Positions 1 to 12,836 of a DNA stretch of 64,000 nt are shown piece by piece. A model generated the notes under the pieces. That model had not been told where the DNA came from. It saw only the letters and a list, made by a program, of their open reading frames with translations, and did no database searches. How positions within the stretch are numbered: the stretch's first letter is position 1; the number at the start of each line of letters is the position of its first letter. This DNA comes from Mobula hypostoma (taxonomy: Eukaryota): assembly GCF_963921235.1 (NCBI RefSeq), contig NC_086097.1, positions 143,160,001-143,224,000 of the forward strand. Direction: 5' to 3'. The position numbers were made by a program, and so were the translations under genes.

Positions 1-89
1 AGTGCAATTTGAAATCAGTAATAAATGTTGGCCTTAGCTGGTGTCAACTATGAATAAGAAATTTGTGTACAAAGACAAATTTAGATTTA

Positions 90-171
90 GTGAAAATGTA
101 ATGAATCTGTTCTCCTTACACTTGAACCCAATATGGTCAAGTGTAAGGAGAACAGATTCTCACATCTTCAC
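90..171 (-). other. Long hairpin (pre-miRNA-like) in NBEAL2 intron 1
   Basis: Perfect 23-bp inverted repeat (103-125 / 137-159) extended by 12 more pairs, two of them G.U on the minus strand. Confidence 0.5.
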
Positions 172-934
172 ACAAATAGACATTCATGCTATTATTTTAG
201 TAAAAGCTTAAGTGGGCACCAATGTCAGCATGGACTGTTTGGGCTGAATTGCCTGAATATATGATGTATTGCTCCATGACCTCATAACTCTGCACCTCCC
301 TAAAGCCTTGGGATTCTTCAAAAATTATGACATCCTGAGCTGAAAGCAATTCTACAGCTGAGGCAATTAGTGCCTTACATTTTAAAATATTACTTTACAC
401 CTTGTGTTGAGAATTGTATGGTACTGTTTATAAAGCTTAGAAATGTCTACCTTTATTTTAAAAAAGAAAGCTTTTCAAATGGCCCTGCCACATTGAAAGC
501 ATTCCACATGAAAGCCATGAAGCCTCTCGGTTCCTATCTCCCTTTAAAATGGAACCGTGTAGATTGTAAATTGCTGCCACTATTTCTTCTTAACAAATTG
601 CATCAGTTTGTACATTTCACTTTCTATCCAAACATATATTTAACCAGTGCCACGGCCTCCAAAATCTGTTACCATTGTCCTCATTGTTTATAACAGTTCT
701 GAGTTAAGTGTCATCTACAAACTTTGAGATTACTCTCTGTTTACCAAAGTCAAGGTCATTCACGCACACTAACAAGAATTGCCCTAGTACTTGCATACTT
801 CCTTCTTCTGAGAAAGTTTCATTTACGACAATCTTCTGCTTTCTGTAATAACCTCATTTTTTTCATCCACTCTCCCTTTAATGACAAGCCTTTAAACTCT
901 GTCAATTGCTGTCTTCTGTGGGTATTCTGGAAAT

Positions 935-3060
935 CTAGAACTAAAACACAAAATGTAAAAAATAAACTTGGGTCAGGCAGCAATCACGGAAAGGGAAACA
1001 GTTAACATTTCAGGTCTGAAGCTTTTCACCAGAAATATTTTTTTTAAAAATTACTCTCAGTAACAGAAGAGAAGGGATAGGGCGAAGTGTGAAACCAGGG
1101 GCTTTTCTCAAATGGAATGAATATTGGGCCAGTTATGCTAAGGTTAAGCTTCATTTGAGTAAATGTATTGCTAACGTTGTACTGTACAGTTTCAGTATTG
1201 TGGAGCAGTTGCACAGTTTAAATGTGAAAAAAAGAGGAGACAAAAGAAAAAAAGATTGCAGGCTAAATGGGCAGTTGTCGTGAAAACAGAAAGAGCAAGC
1301 TAGCTAAAGTTCAAAAATTCAATATCGCGTCCTACGGGCTGCAAGGTGCCCTGATGGAAGGCAAGGTGTTACTCCTTAAACTTGCCTAGGACCTACGTTG
1401 TCACAGTGTCAAAAATCACAGCTAAAAAGTTGGAGTGGGATGGTGAATCAAAGCTCAGGATTGTTCCTAAGAATGGAGGACAGGCACTCCGCAAAATAAT
1501 CACTGAGTTGCATTCAATTTCTCAAATGCAAAGCAGAGCACATTTTGAACACTAAATAGAATATATTTGCAAGAACTGCAAGTAAATTGCTGCCTCATCT
1601 AGGAAAACATTTTGGGTGCCCGAATGAAGGGGAGGGGAAATCGGAGAAAGGACAGGTGTAGCACCTCCCAGTGAAGTGCCAAAGGATGAGTAGATGAGAT
1701 GAGTGCAGGCAGTTATCAAAGAACCAATTTCTTCTAAATGCTTAAAGGGAAGGAGAAGAAAATACATATCTGGTGGTGGAATCTAATTGGACCTAGTGGA
1801 AGTTGCAAAGACTGATCAGTTGAGTGCAGAGACTTAGACAAACTTCTATAATGTACTGTATATTGACTTGTTGAATCATGGCATGGTATGGAAACACCAA
1901 TGCCCTTGCATGGGAAACCCAACAAGTAGTAGTGATTATAGCCCAGTGCAACATGGGTAAATCCCTCCCTACCATTGAGTATATCCACATAGAGCATTGT
2001 TGAAAGAAAGCAGCATCCATCATCAAGGATTCCCACCATCCATGCCATGCTTTTCTCACTACTGCCATCAGGAAAAAGGTATAGGAGCCTCAGGACTCAC
2101 ACTGCTAGGTCCAGGAATGGCCATTACTCCTCATCCATCAGGCTCTTGAATCAGAGGGGACAACTTCATTTGCCCCATCACTGAACAGTTCTCAAAACCT
2201 ATGGAATCACTTTCCAAGTCTCCATCTCATGTTCTTGATATTTATTGATTGTTTATTTATTGTTATTATTTTCTCCCTCTTTCTTTTTGTATTTGCAGTT
2301 TGTTGCCTTTTGCATATTGGTTGTTTGTCCGTCCTGTTGGGTGTGGTCTTTCATTGGTTCCCTTTACTGTGAATGCCCAAAAGAAAATGAATCTTCAGGT
2401 TGTAAATGGTGACATACATTGTATGTATTTTGATAATAAATTTACTTTGGTGTGGTGGCAGGACCAGTTCTGTTCTTGCTCTGTTCAGGAGTTGAAGAGA
2501 TGTGAAAAATAAATGCGTTCAATGGCTCTATACACTGTGGTAGGGAGGAAGCCATAATTCAGCAAGAAGGAAAGCATTCCCATGTGGAGTATTTCTTCAG
2601 AGCAACTGTGACTGAGATGGAGAAACTGCAGAAGTTAAATGAGTTACTCCATTCACTTTGCCTTCTGATAGAAGGCATGGTGGGTGGAAGCACAATCAAG
2701 GTAGCTATAGGAGTTGTGGGCTTATAGTGGGGGTTGCTCTCACCCACAAAAAGGCTCCAGAAAGGAGGAGTCAGAAATGGACAATGTAAAAGTGAGACTT
2801 GCACCTGAGTGGAGAAAGCTGTATCAAAACAGTCTTTGATATACCAGAGAAAAACAGTTGATGATGTCGGCCCAGATGGACTGAAAGGAAAGCTGTTCCA
2901 CATATCCCACAGAAAATCAGGAATGGATGGGGACCTTACAAGTGCCCATAGCCATATAATTGAACTGGAAAAAGAGTGGCGGAGGAGAAGTTGTTTATGT
3001 GAGGGTGAGTTCAGCCAGGTGAATGCATGTGATTAATGAAAGGAACAGCTTGATCCTTTA
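935..3060 (-). mobile_element. Old, degraded Penelope-like element interrupted by a Rex1-type fragment
   Basis: 1310-1500 resembles the reverse complement of the GIY-YIG C-terminal coding region at 37200-37340; 935-1035 resembles the family's 3' tail; similarity appears to resume after 2450. Confidence 0.5.
1830..2448 (+). mobile_element. Rex1/Babar-type LINE 3' fragment
   Basis: Degenerate NFY.CTV..IL..I.AWYGN and AASIIKD.HHP.HA.FSLLPSG motifs; ends in GATAATAAATTTACTTT like other copies in the window. Confidence 0.75.
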
Positions 3061-4039
3061 TTAATGACACTTTGCCAACTGTTTCACCCTCATTAATCCT
3101 CTCAGTTATTTCAGCAAAGACCCAGATCAGTTTGTCAGACTGTTCTTGTTTTAATGCTCCTGTTGTTTATTATCTAAGTTTATCTCTACATCTGACAATG
3201 GACCTTTAATCTGCAATGTTAACTCTGTTTCTCTTTCCATGGTTGCTGCCTGATCTGCTGAGTTTTTCCAGCATTTTCAGTATTTCTTTAAGGTTTCCAG
3301 TATCTGAAGCTTTTCTTTTGACTATCCAAAGGGTTTGACAAATTGATTCCAGGGATGAAGGTCTTTGGATATGTGGACAGACTGGAGAATCTGGGATTGT
3401 TCTCCTTGGGACAGACAAGACTGTGAGGAACTAAATGGTCTCCTTCCATTGTAACCATTCTGTGATATTATACATAAACGTTTCAAAGATTACTTCTGAG
3501 ACCATAATGGAACCCATAGACTTTTCTACAAAGAGTGGGAAATTTTGAGATGCTGTGAAACTTCTGTTTACACAGGGCTTCTGTATGCTTCTGGTACATG
3601 GACTTCAGCTCTCCACACCATCGTCCTTCTCTAGGAGAGGACATCATGAATGACAAGGCATTACTGAACAGAGAGACCAGAGACACAAGTACAGTTTCTC
3701 GAAAATTGCAACACAAGTTGTCACAACCGCTGACACTGTTGCAGAGTCTAAGTGCCATCACAGGCAAGCAACTAGAAGGTGGCAGCAATCACGTGGATAA
3801 GAACGTACGTTCTAGCCAGTTAGGGTTTCTTTGCAATTTTATTTAACTCCCTTTCTTTCGTTTCAGTCTTGTCAAGTCTTGACCGAAGCACAGTGATGAC
3901 AACACTCCCTGCTTACCTCCATCCACATCCTGAAAAAGAAGATTATTAATTTAGTATGAGGTTGCTGCTTTAGTGCAGCAGTGATGGCATTAGCTTTTAA
4001 GTTTGGGAGTTTTCAGTTGGTGGTCCTCTTAGCTGAGCG

Positions 4040-4795
4040 TTTATTACTTTTATTGTTCTGAACTGTTCCAATGTACTGTCAACGAACTGCCTTAAGGTGC
4101 TGAGGAGGGCATGTGGCATGCTTTCCTTCATCAGCCGTGGCAATAAGTAAGAGTCAGACTGTCATAAAACAGTCCTACAAAACACTAGTGATGCTGTACT
4201 TGGAGCATGTTGCACAGTTCTAGTTGCTGTGTTGTAGGAAAGATGATATTACACTGGAGAAGGCACAGATACACGTGGATGTTACCAGGACTGGAGAGTT
4301 TTAATCATCAGGAGAGAATGGATAGGTCAAGTCTGTTTTCCAAGAAGCAAAGGAGGCCAAGAGGTGATATGATAAATATATAAAATTATGACAACCATAG
4401 GTAGGGAAAATAATCATTGTTCATTTCCCATGGTGGCAGTGTCCAAAACTAGACAGCGAAAGTTTAATGTGAGAGGGAGATTTAAAGGAGATACAAGAGA
4501 GGGGAGGCTTAAAGGAGATAGAAGAGGGAGCAGATTTGAAGGAGATACAAGAGGGAGGAAGTTTCAAGAAGACAGAAGGGATAAATATTTCATGCAAAGA
4601 ACAGTCAGTAACAGGATTGAGCTGCCGGGAGAGGGAACGGTAACAATTAGGAAGCATCTATACAGGTATTTGAATGAGCAGAGCATGGAGGGCTATGGAA
4701 CTAATACAGGCAAGTGGGATTCATATAGTTAGGCATGATGGTCAGCATTGACGTGGTGAGAAGAAGGGTTTGCTTCCATACTGAATAATTTGGTG
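4040..4795 (+). mobile_element. CR1-type LINE 3' fragment with an internal ~27-bp tandem amplification
   Basis: CR1 ORF2 C-terminal motifs (KTR...F.VRG.RFKGD.RG..F.QR.V); the RG.FKGD.R unit recurs four times at ~4470-4580. Confidence 0.7.
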
Positions 4796-4799
4796 ACTC

Positions 4800-5110
4800 T
4801 ATTTTGAGTGTAACAGGTAAGAAATTCCCAAGAGTTAGGAGGTATGTTGTATTCTTTCAGCAAGGTAATTTTGAGAACATCCTCGAATGATTCCCTCTGT
4901 CCATCTGCTAATCCCAGCTCATGACAGAATTCAGAATAGAGTTCCTGTGTTGTGAGTCTGACGTCAGGCAATGTGAACAATGTGGCCCATCCGGAGGATG
5001 AATGTTGGTTGAATGTAATTAAAGCATCATTACTGATAATGTTGGGTTGGGAATGGTCACTCATGCCAGTTCACTTAGCCTTCCAATAAACTTGGAAGAT
5101 TTTTCAGAGA
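4800..5110 (-). mobile_element. RTE-type LINE 3' fragment
   Basis: ORF 4729-5064 contains PDVRL..QELYSE...G....GQRESFEDVLK..L....IP.NSWE, the RTE ORF C-terminal pattern. Confidence 0.7.
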
Positions 5111-5364
5111 ATACTAGTAATAACCTTCAAATGTACCATTCTTCCTTTGACTATAAATGTTAACGAATTTTTTGTTGCTTAATAGCGAAACCTCAGCAAC
5201 AGGAAAAAAAAGCAAGAGCGATAAGTGCTTAGTAAATCTACCAACAATCTATTCTCTTACCCTCTCTTTACTCAATGTAGCCTTTTCATAAAGAGGCATC
5301 TCACTTAGATTTCTGTATTCCTTTCTTGTTACGAATCCAAGAATTATCCTATCAATCTGGACAA

Positions 5365-5690
5365 TAATGTGATTAACTGGATCGGCAAATTTACGGATGA
5401 TACCAGGATTGGGGAGGGTAGTGGACAGTGAAGAAAGCTATCACAGCTTGCAGAGGGATCTGGATTAGTTGGAGAAATGGGCTGAAAAATGGCAGATGGA
5501 ATTTAATGGAGACAAGTGTGAGGTTTTGAACTTTAGTAGGACCAACCCAGGTGGGTCTTATACAGTGAATGGTAGGGCACTGAGGAATGCTGTAGAACAA
5601 AGGGATCCGGGAATTCAGGTTCATAATTCATTGAAACTGGTGTCACAGACAGATAAGGTCATAAAGAAAGCTTTTGGAACATTGTCCTTT
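5365..5690 (+). mobile_element. CR1-type LINE RT fragment
   Basis: KFTDDT (FADD-equivalent) and WAEKWQMEFN.DKCEVL motifs. Confidence 0.85.
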
Positions 5691-6529
5691 GAAAAGGAGG
5701 TCAATGTATCTGTTATTAACACTTTTTTGTAGAATACTAACGATACTCAGCAGTGAGACCCCAGTACTGTGGGAGAGCTTTCATTGGAAAAATTTGTTTT
5801 TGCTTCTCCGTGTCAAAATGGGCCGATAAATAGGGATGGGTGAAAGCATGGCTAGTAAATTAAACCTGGCTTTCGGTGTCCTCAAAAACTGAAAGTTTGT
5901 GACATTCAAAAGTATTTAAAATACAGAATTAGTAAAACATTTTAAAATATTTTTAAACCTAATATATTGATCCTTGAAATGACAAAACACTTTAGATTTA
6001 ATCTGACCCATGTACTTTAAGCAGATTCCCAGATAAGTGCTCAGTAATTACTTCAACATCATGTGACTACACCAGACACAGTTCCCAGGCACAGTTGGGA
6101 AATAGGTGAATGGTTTCCAAGAAATTCTGGGCTTCCAAGTTCATGCAGGTGTGCACAGAACCTCTGTATCAGCTGGACAGACAAAACAGCCAGCATTTGC
6201 CATCTGAAGCACGTTGGGGAAAAAATGTTATCAGTGGTAATGCAACTTCATGGCAAGACAAGATGTTTGTTGATGACTCTGCTTCCTTATCTGAGAAGTT
6301 GCAAATGAAACATCCTGCAAGACCTGAACAGAGAGTCACACACAGAGACACAGATCATTGTCAAGTATCACACATGCCACATCTACCAGGAAATAACAGA
6401 CTCCAGCAAAATGACGTATAACGATCAAAACTTGACATTTAATTTCATTACAATTGTAGAATTGCTCACTGTAAATATCAAACAGCTTATTATTAACCTG
6501 AAACTTTGGTGGTCCAGATATCTAAAGAC

Positions 6530-7000
6530 AGATCAGATTAGAAACTTGATATTCTGCAGCAGGTGCCTAATCTATTAACACCATTTACAGGGTGTTTCAA
6601 GAGAATGATGGAACACCACATATTTGTCTGGATGAGCCCAGCTGCTGTAATACTCAACATCATCCTAGTCAAAGTACCTTTACTGGCACCCTGAACACTC
6701 ATTCCCTTCACTTGGAGCACAGGGCAACAGTGCAGACCATTAACAAAATGCACTGAGGCGACTTGCAAAGACTTCTTCAGCAGCACTTCCCAAACAGTAA
6801 CCTCTACCGTGCACAAGATAGCGTAGAAAGAACCAAGATCTGAAAGATCAACCAGACTTGGAAATATATACTGATCTTTCAAAACTGCTGGGTCATAATC
6901 CTGGATGCCCAACAGTACTGTGCAAATAACTTTGACAAGAGAATAGCAGTTCAGGAAAGCACCTTGATCTGCTATTTTCTCAAAGGCAGTTAGTAATGAG
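6530..7000 (+). mobile_element. Degraded non-LTR retrotransposon 3' fragment (CR1/L2 group); a related copy lies on the minus strand at ~19330-19720
   Basis: 6720-6960 resembles the reverse complement of 19340-19650; remnant WMS.A...L..I..K motif. Confidence 0.5.
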
Positions 7001-7400
7001 GCTCACAAGTGATTTTCACCCCATGCACCAAGGGGAGCATCACACATGGCTGCAGTTGCAGACAACACGAATGGCTAATCAATGGTTCTAAAACACATGT
7101 TCCCTAGCTGAGTGCACATCTGCACTTTCTGGACAGATCAGATCAGAGTGTTAACATCTAATCTTCAGTTCATTCTGTACAATTTGTACTTCTGCACTCC
7201 ACAGCAGGGTTCAATGTTCAAACAGTAAGGTAGAGAAACTGCATTCCTATTTCAGCAAATGCAAGAGCACTGACTCAATACCACTGAGAGCCAGTTTACA
7301 CTTCATATCGGCTCATCAGTGTCACAGGAGCCGTATCTGGTGAAGTTGAATGAGACTGACAACCCACACTGAAATGTTAAATGGAGGCAAGTTGTTTCTT

Positions 7401-7938
7401 GGGAGGAGGAGGGGGGGGGGGGGAGGGGGAGGAGGAAGGGGGGGAGGAGGAAGAGGGGGGAGGAGGAAGAGGGGGGAGGAGGAAGAGGGGGAGGAGGAAG
7501 AGGGGGGAGGAGGAAGAGGGGGGAGGAGGAAGAGGGGGAGGAGGAAGGGGGAGGAGGGGGGGAGGAGGAGGGGGGAGGAGGAAGAGGGGGGAGGAGGAAG
7601 AGGGGGAGGAGGAAGAGGGGGGAGGAGGAAGAGGGGGGAGGAGGAAGAGGGGGGAGGAGGAAGAGGGGGGAGGAGGAAGAGGGGGAGGAGGAAGAGGGGG
7701 AGGAGGAAGAGGGGGAGGAGGAAGGGGGAGGAGGAAGGGGGAGAGGAAGGGGGGAGAGGAAGGGGGGAGAGGAAGGGGGGAGAGGAAGGGGGGAGAGGAA
7801 GGGGGGAGAGGAAGGGGGGAGAGGAGGGGGGGAGAGGAAGGGGGGAGAGGAGGGGGGGAGAGGAGGGGGGGAGAGGAGGGGGGAGAGGAGGGGGGAGAGG
7901 AGGGGGGAGGAGGAAGAGGGGGGGAGGAAGAGAAGAAA
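7401..7938 (+). repeat. Pure polypurine (GGA/GGGGGA) low-complexity tandem array
   Basis: About 540 nt containing only G and A; units such as GGGGGAGGAGGAAGA, changing to GGGGGAGAGGAA. Confidence 0.95.
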
Positions 7939-9281
7939 GATGTTATAAGTAGTTACAAGGAGCAACAAGGATACAAGGGATTAGGGACAACACCCTCTCT
8001 GAGGGCGATGGAAGAATAGATGGGGGGGGGAATTTTTATCAAATTTGTTCAAAGCAGATGTTGGGCCTATGGATGAATGGTCAATGACATTGGGGTGAAG
8101 GTTGTGAATTTGTGTTGAAATCACACACACACACAATTGTAATAATGGAGGAACGCTAAAGAGAGGGAATGGAAAAACGGAGAGAAAATGGGAATTTAAC
8201 TAAAGAAAGGGGAATAAAACTTGAATGTTAGGTGAGCTGCGAGACAGTGTCGATTACCTGCAGCAACGGTGGTGGTACATGAGCGAAGGAAACAGACAGC
8301 AGTGTTTTAGGCGAGCTCAAGTCAGCAGGAAGGACTACATTTTGTTTTTCCCTTTTCTCTCTCATTCCGGATGTGGCTAACGGCAATGAAGTGATAAGAC
8401 TGATTGCAACAGGCAGCAGTAATTAAAGAGTTTAGTTACTAAATGCAAAAGAGGAACAAGAGAAAAAAAAAACACAGCTACTGTGAGTTGAAATGGAATT
8501 CACATCTTACAGCACCGTTAGTTCCAAAAAGTTTAAATGCCCCTGAACCAAATGGAAGGGGGGGGGGCCCAAAAAGGGAGAAATTAGAATAATTTAATTG
8601 CATTGTACCCCGTACTGACTATCTGGAGTACTGGTTTTGGCACTACACCAAATATAATTGGAGGAGGTGCAGCACGAATTCCCAGGGTCAATAGAGAGCA
8701 GAGAGAGCTATATTACAAGGTTAGCTTTCAGACATTTAGTTTTTAATCCCACATTCAGATTTTTTGGGGAGATTCTATATCAAAGTGCTTACAATGATAA
8801 AGGTATTAATCAGATACAGAGACTGTTTTCCTCAATCAAAACTTCTAGAATGAAAGATGCATTTTGAACAGGGCTATTCAAGAGCAATTTAAATGGCAGA
8901 AAGTCAGAGATCATTTATATCTGTAGGCAAATAGTGCAATATGTAACTCTTCATCTGGAGAACTAGACAGTGGATCAATTGCAATTTTTAGAAGTAATGT
9001 TATAACTATTTGCTCGGTCATTGTTATCGAGTTAGTAAAGGGCATACAGAACACTAAATACTAACATCAAATAGCAAGAGTGAATGACATGAATTCTGGA
9101 TCATACAATGTAAAGTATAGATGCACACATTACTATCAACAAATGTGTGAGGAGTGGAGAAGGGCCAGCTTTAAGGTGTAAATATTAAATTATGCTCTGT
9201 GTTGGAATTCTTGCAGTTTTGTGTATAGGAATAATGTTCTCCAGTAGTAGTGAAGCACCAGCTGGTTTCATACAGACTCAA

Positions 9282-9411
9282 GAGATTCTGCAGATATTGG
9301 AAATCCAGAACAACACAAATAAAATGCTAGAGGGACTCAGTAGATCAGGCAGGATCTATGGATGAAAATAAACAGGCAACGTTTCAGGCCGAGACCCTTC
9401 CTCAGGATTGG
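9282..9411 (-). mobile_element. Penelope-like 3' tail fragment with hammerhead core (stem I damaged)
   Basis: Minus strand reads CCTGAGGA AGGGTCTCGGCCT GAAAC GTT, followed by the family tail. Confidence 0.75.
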
Positions 9412-11021
9412 TTTCATACAGTACTGATGAGCCATGAACATTGGGCTGGTATTAACCTAGTTTATGCTGAAAGAATTGAAGTGCAATTTGCACAGTCTAA
9501 GGCAGAAAAGAAAGTTCTAATACTGCATAAAATCTAAAGAGCCTGATATCTGGGTTTTAAACAGGGATTGGTCATCTGAAGGATCTACAGGGCTTCCAAA
9601 AACCAAGGAATCTTCTCCACTGCACGAGCAAACATTTTGTGAAGGATGAAAATAAACAGGTATTTTCATTTCTTGTTCCATCTCGGAATCAGAATCAGGT
9701 TTAATATCACTGGCATATGTCATGAAATCTGTAAGCCCTCCTGCAGGGAATAGGCTTTAGGTCTGAGTCTAAGCCAGAAGACTTTCAACTTTGCCTGTTA
9801 CCTCTCTTTCTCCGCTCAAAAAACCACATGTTAATAGTTGCAAAATTTCTGTTTGCAAAGAGAAGCACAAGTAGTTACAAAACTTCCTTGCAGGTTTTTC
9901 CTTTACATAACCTCAGAAAACGAGGGCAGCAAACACTGTGCGACCATGCCACAGAAGAATGACTGTTAATCTGGATCCACTATGCAACTAAAACCAGTCA
10001 CTGATAATTCCATATTTTTACTCTCTCAGTCTACGATATCTCTTGTTCAAATTCCATTGACTGTCTGCAAGGGATTATGCAACCATTTTTCACATGCAAG
10101 CTGAGCCAAAGGGAATTACCCAAGGCTCTGCAGCTCAGTCCAAAATCTTTCCTCACTCAACTTCATATCAAGAATCATCAGGTGAAACTCCAGATTTTAG
10201 TGGCACTGCCCCACAATAATAAATACACATGATCCTGTAAAGGAAGTTATTACAAGCAATAACTTACATTGTCTTCAATATTCTATATCCTGCATGTTTT
10301 TATTTTGTGCTCCCTTTATATATGAAATAATCTCTCTGGATGCCATGGAAACAAAAGCTTTTCTCTGTATCTCAATGCAGGTAACAATATTAAACCAAAT
10401 AACCAAGCAACATGGCAAAATGTCCAATAGTATTTTGGATGTATCAATATCTAATGCCAATAATGATGTAGTTTGAATTGGTGCATAGACTTACTGTTTT
10501 CAAATGAGTACAGTATATAAAAGATTGTCACCCACCACAATTAACGGTGTGATTGCCTAAAACAAAAACATTCTTCAAAATTGTGAGACTCTGGAATGTG
10601 GTTTCATCACTGCAAGATGGAAAGAGGCATTAAGTTTCCTTAGACTACATTTAGGGAAATACAACATGCTTAATTCACCTTAGCAATTCTGTTTTGCAAT
10701 CTGTCAAGTTATAATGTTAAATTTCACAGCAAACCCAATGCATCTTACCTTAAGAATTTACCACTCCTTATGTACTATCACCTATTTACTAGTTTTGTAT
10801 TCTTTGCTTCCTTTATCAGAAACTATTATTTACCTGATTTACTCTGCTCTTGGACTGTTTGTCCTACTCCCATCAGGGAAGAGGCTTGTAGTATCCATGC
10901 CAGGACCACCAGACTCAAAACGTTACTTTCCCCAAGATTGTAAGGCTGATCAACTCCTCCACCCACTAACCCATCCCTCCACAACCCCCAACCATCACTA
11001 CTTTACGACTTCCTGTCAGTC

Positions 11022-12836
11022 ACAAGATCACAAGACAAAGGAGCAGAAGTAGGCCATTCGGCCCATCGAGTCTGCTCCACCACTCCACCATGAGCTAAAC
11101 TAGTCTCCCTTCCAGTTCCAATTTCTGGCTTTTTCCCCATATCCCTTCATACCCTGACTAATTAGATACCCATCAATCTCCTCCTTAAACACCCTCAATG
11201 ATTGGGCCTCCATAGCTGTATGTGGCAACGAACTCCATAAATCCACGACCCTCTGGCTAAAAAAATGTCCCCTCATCTCTGTTTTAAATGGGTACCCTCT
11301 AATTCTAAGACTGTGGCCTCTTGTCCTGGATTCACCCACCAAGGGAAACAGCCTTTCCACATCTTCTCTGTCTAACCCTTTCAACATTTGAAATGTTTCT
11401 ATGAGATCCCCTCTCATTCTTCTATTCTCTAATGAATACAGTCCAAGTGCCGACAAACGCTCCTCATATGTTAGCCCCTGCCTTCCAGGAATCATCCTCG
11501 TAAATCTTCTCTGAACTCTGTCCAACATCAGAGCATCCCTTCTAAGATAGGGGGGCCCAAAACTGCACACAGTATTCCAAATGAGGTCTCACCAGTGCCC
11601 CATACAGCCTCATCAACACCTCCTTACTCTTAGACAATATTCCTCTTGAAATGAATGCCGACATTCACTTTCCTTACTGCCAATCCAACCTAGTGGTTAA
11701 CCTTTAGGGTATCCTGCACGGAAGTCCCTTTGCACTTCCGATTTTTGAATTTTCTCCCCATCTAAATAATAATCTGCCCGATTATTTCTTCTTCCAAATG
11801 TACAACCGTACATTTGTCAACATTGTATCTCATCTGCCATTTCTTTGCCTACTCTCCTAAACCAACCAAGTCTCTCTGCAACCTTTCCGTTTCTTCAACA
11901 TTTCCTGCTCCTCCACCTATCTTGGTGTCATCTGCAAATTTAGCCACAAAACCATTTAATCCATAATCTAAATCATCGATATACATTGTAAAAAGAAGCA
12001 GCCCCAACACCTACCCCTGTGGAACCCCACTAGTAACCAGCAACCAATCAGAATAGGATCCCTTTATACCCACCCTTTGCTTTCTGCCTATCAGCCAATG
12101 CTCCACCCATTCCAATATCTTTCCTGTAATTCCATGGGCTCTCATCTTATTAAGCAGCCTCTTATGCGGCACCTTATCGAAGGCCTTTTGAAAATCCAAA
12201 TACACAACGTCCACAGCCTCTCCCTTATCAATCTTATTTGAGATTACCTCAAAAAATTCCAATAGGTTGGTGAGGCAGGATCTTCCTTTTATGAAACTAT
12301 GCTGGCTTGGGCCTATTTTGTCATGTACCTCAAGATATTTCATAACCTCATCCTTGAGGATCGACTCCAATAACTTTCCAACTACCGATGTCAGACTAAT
12401 AGGTCTGTAATTTTCTTTTTGCTGCTTCCCTCCTTTCTTAAACAGCAGAACTATATTTGTGACTTTCCAGTCCTCCGGAACCATGCCAGAGTCTATTGAT
12501 TCCTGGAAGATCATTTCCAATGCCTCCACAATCTCCAAAGCCACCTCCTTCAGAACCCGTGGGTGCATCTTATCCAGTCTGGGAGACTTATCTATTCTTA
12601 GTCCATTTGGCTTCCCAAGCACTTTCTCTCTAGTAATCTTGACTGTACCTAATTCTATTCCCTGATACCTCTGGCTATCAGGTATATTGCTTATGTCTTC
12701 CACTGTGAAGACTGATGCAAAATACTCATTCAGTTCCTCCGCCATCTCTTTGTCACCCATTATAATTTCTCCAGCGTCATTTTCTATCGGTCCTATATCT
12801 ACCCGTGTCACTCTTTTACTCTTCATATATTTAAAA
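11022..12836 (-). mobile_element. Relatively young 5'-truncated CR1 LINE (RT region plus 3' end), inserted in a Rex1-type 3' fragment (~10840-13050)
   Basis: ORF 12011-12913 has NYRPISLTSVVGKLLE, VDVVYLDFQKAFDKVPH and SGVPQG; ORF 11100-11570 is the CR1 C-terminus; (TCTTGTGA)n tail at 11022-11036; stops and frameshifts present. Confidence 0.95.

Noticed and set aside
7303..8019. Three 200+ aa ORFs rich in P/S, G/R or G/E
   Set aside because: Artefacts of a stop-free purine repeat; no protein-like complexity.
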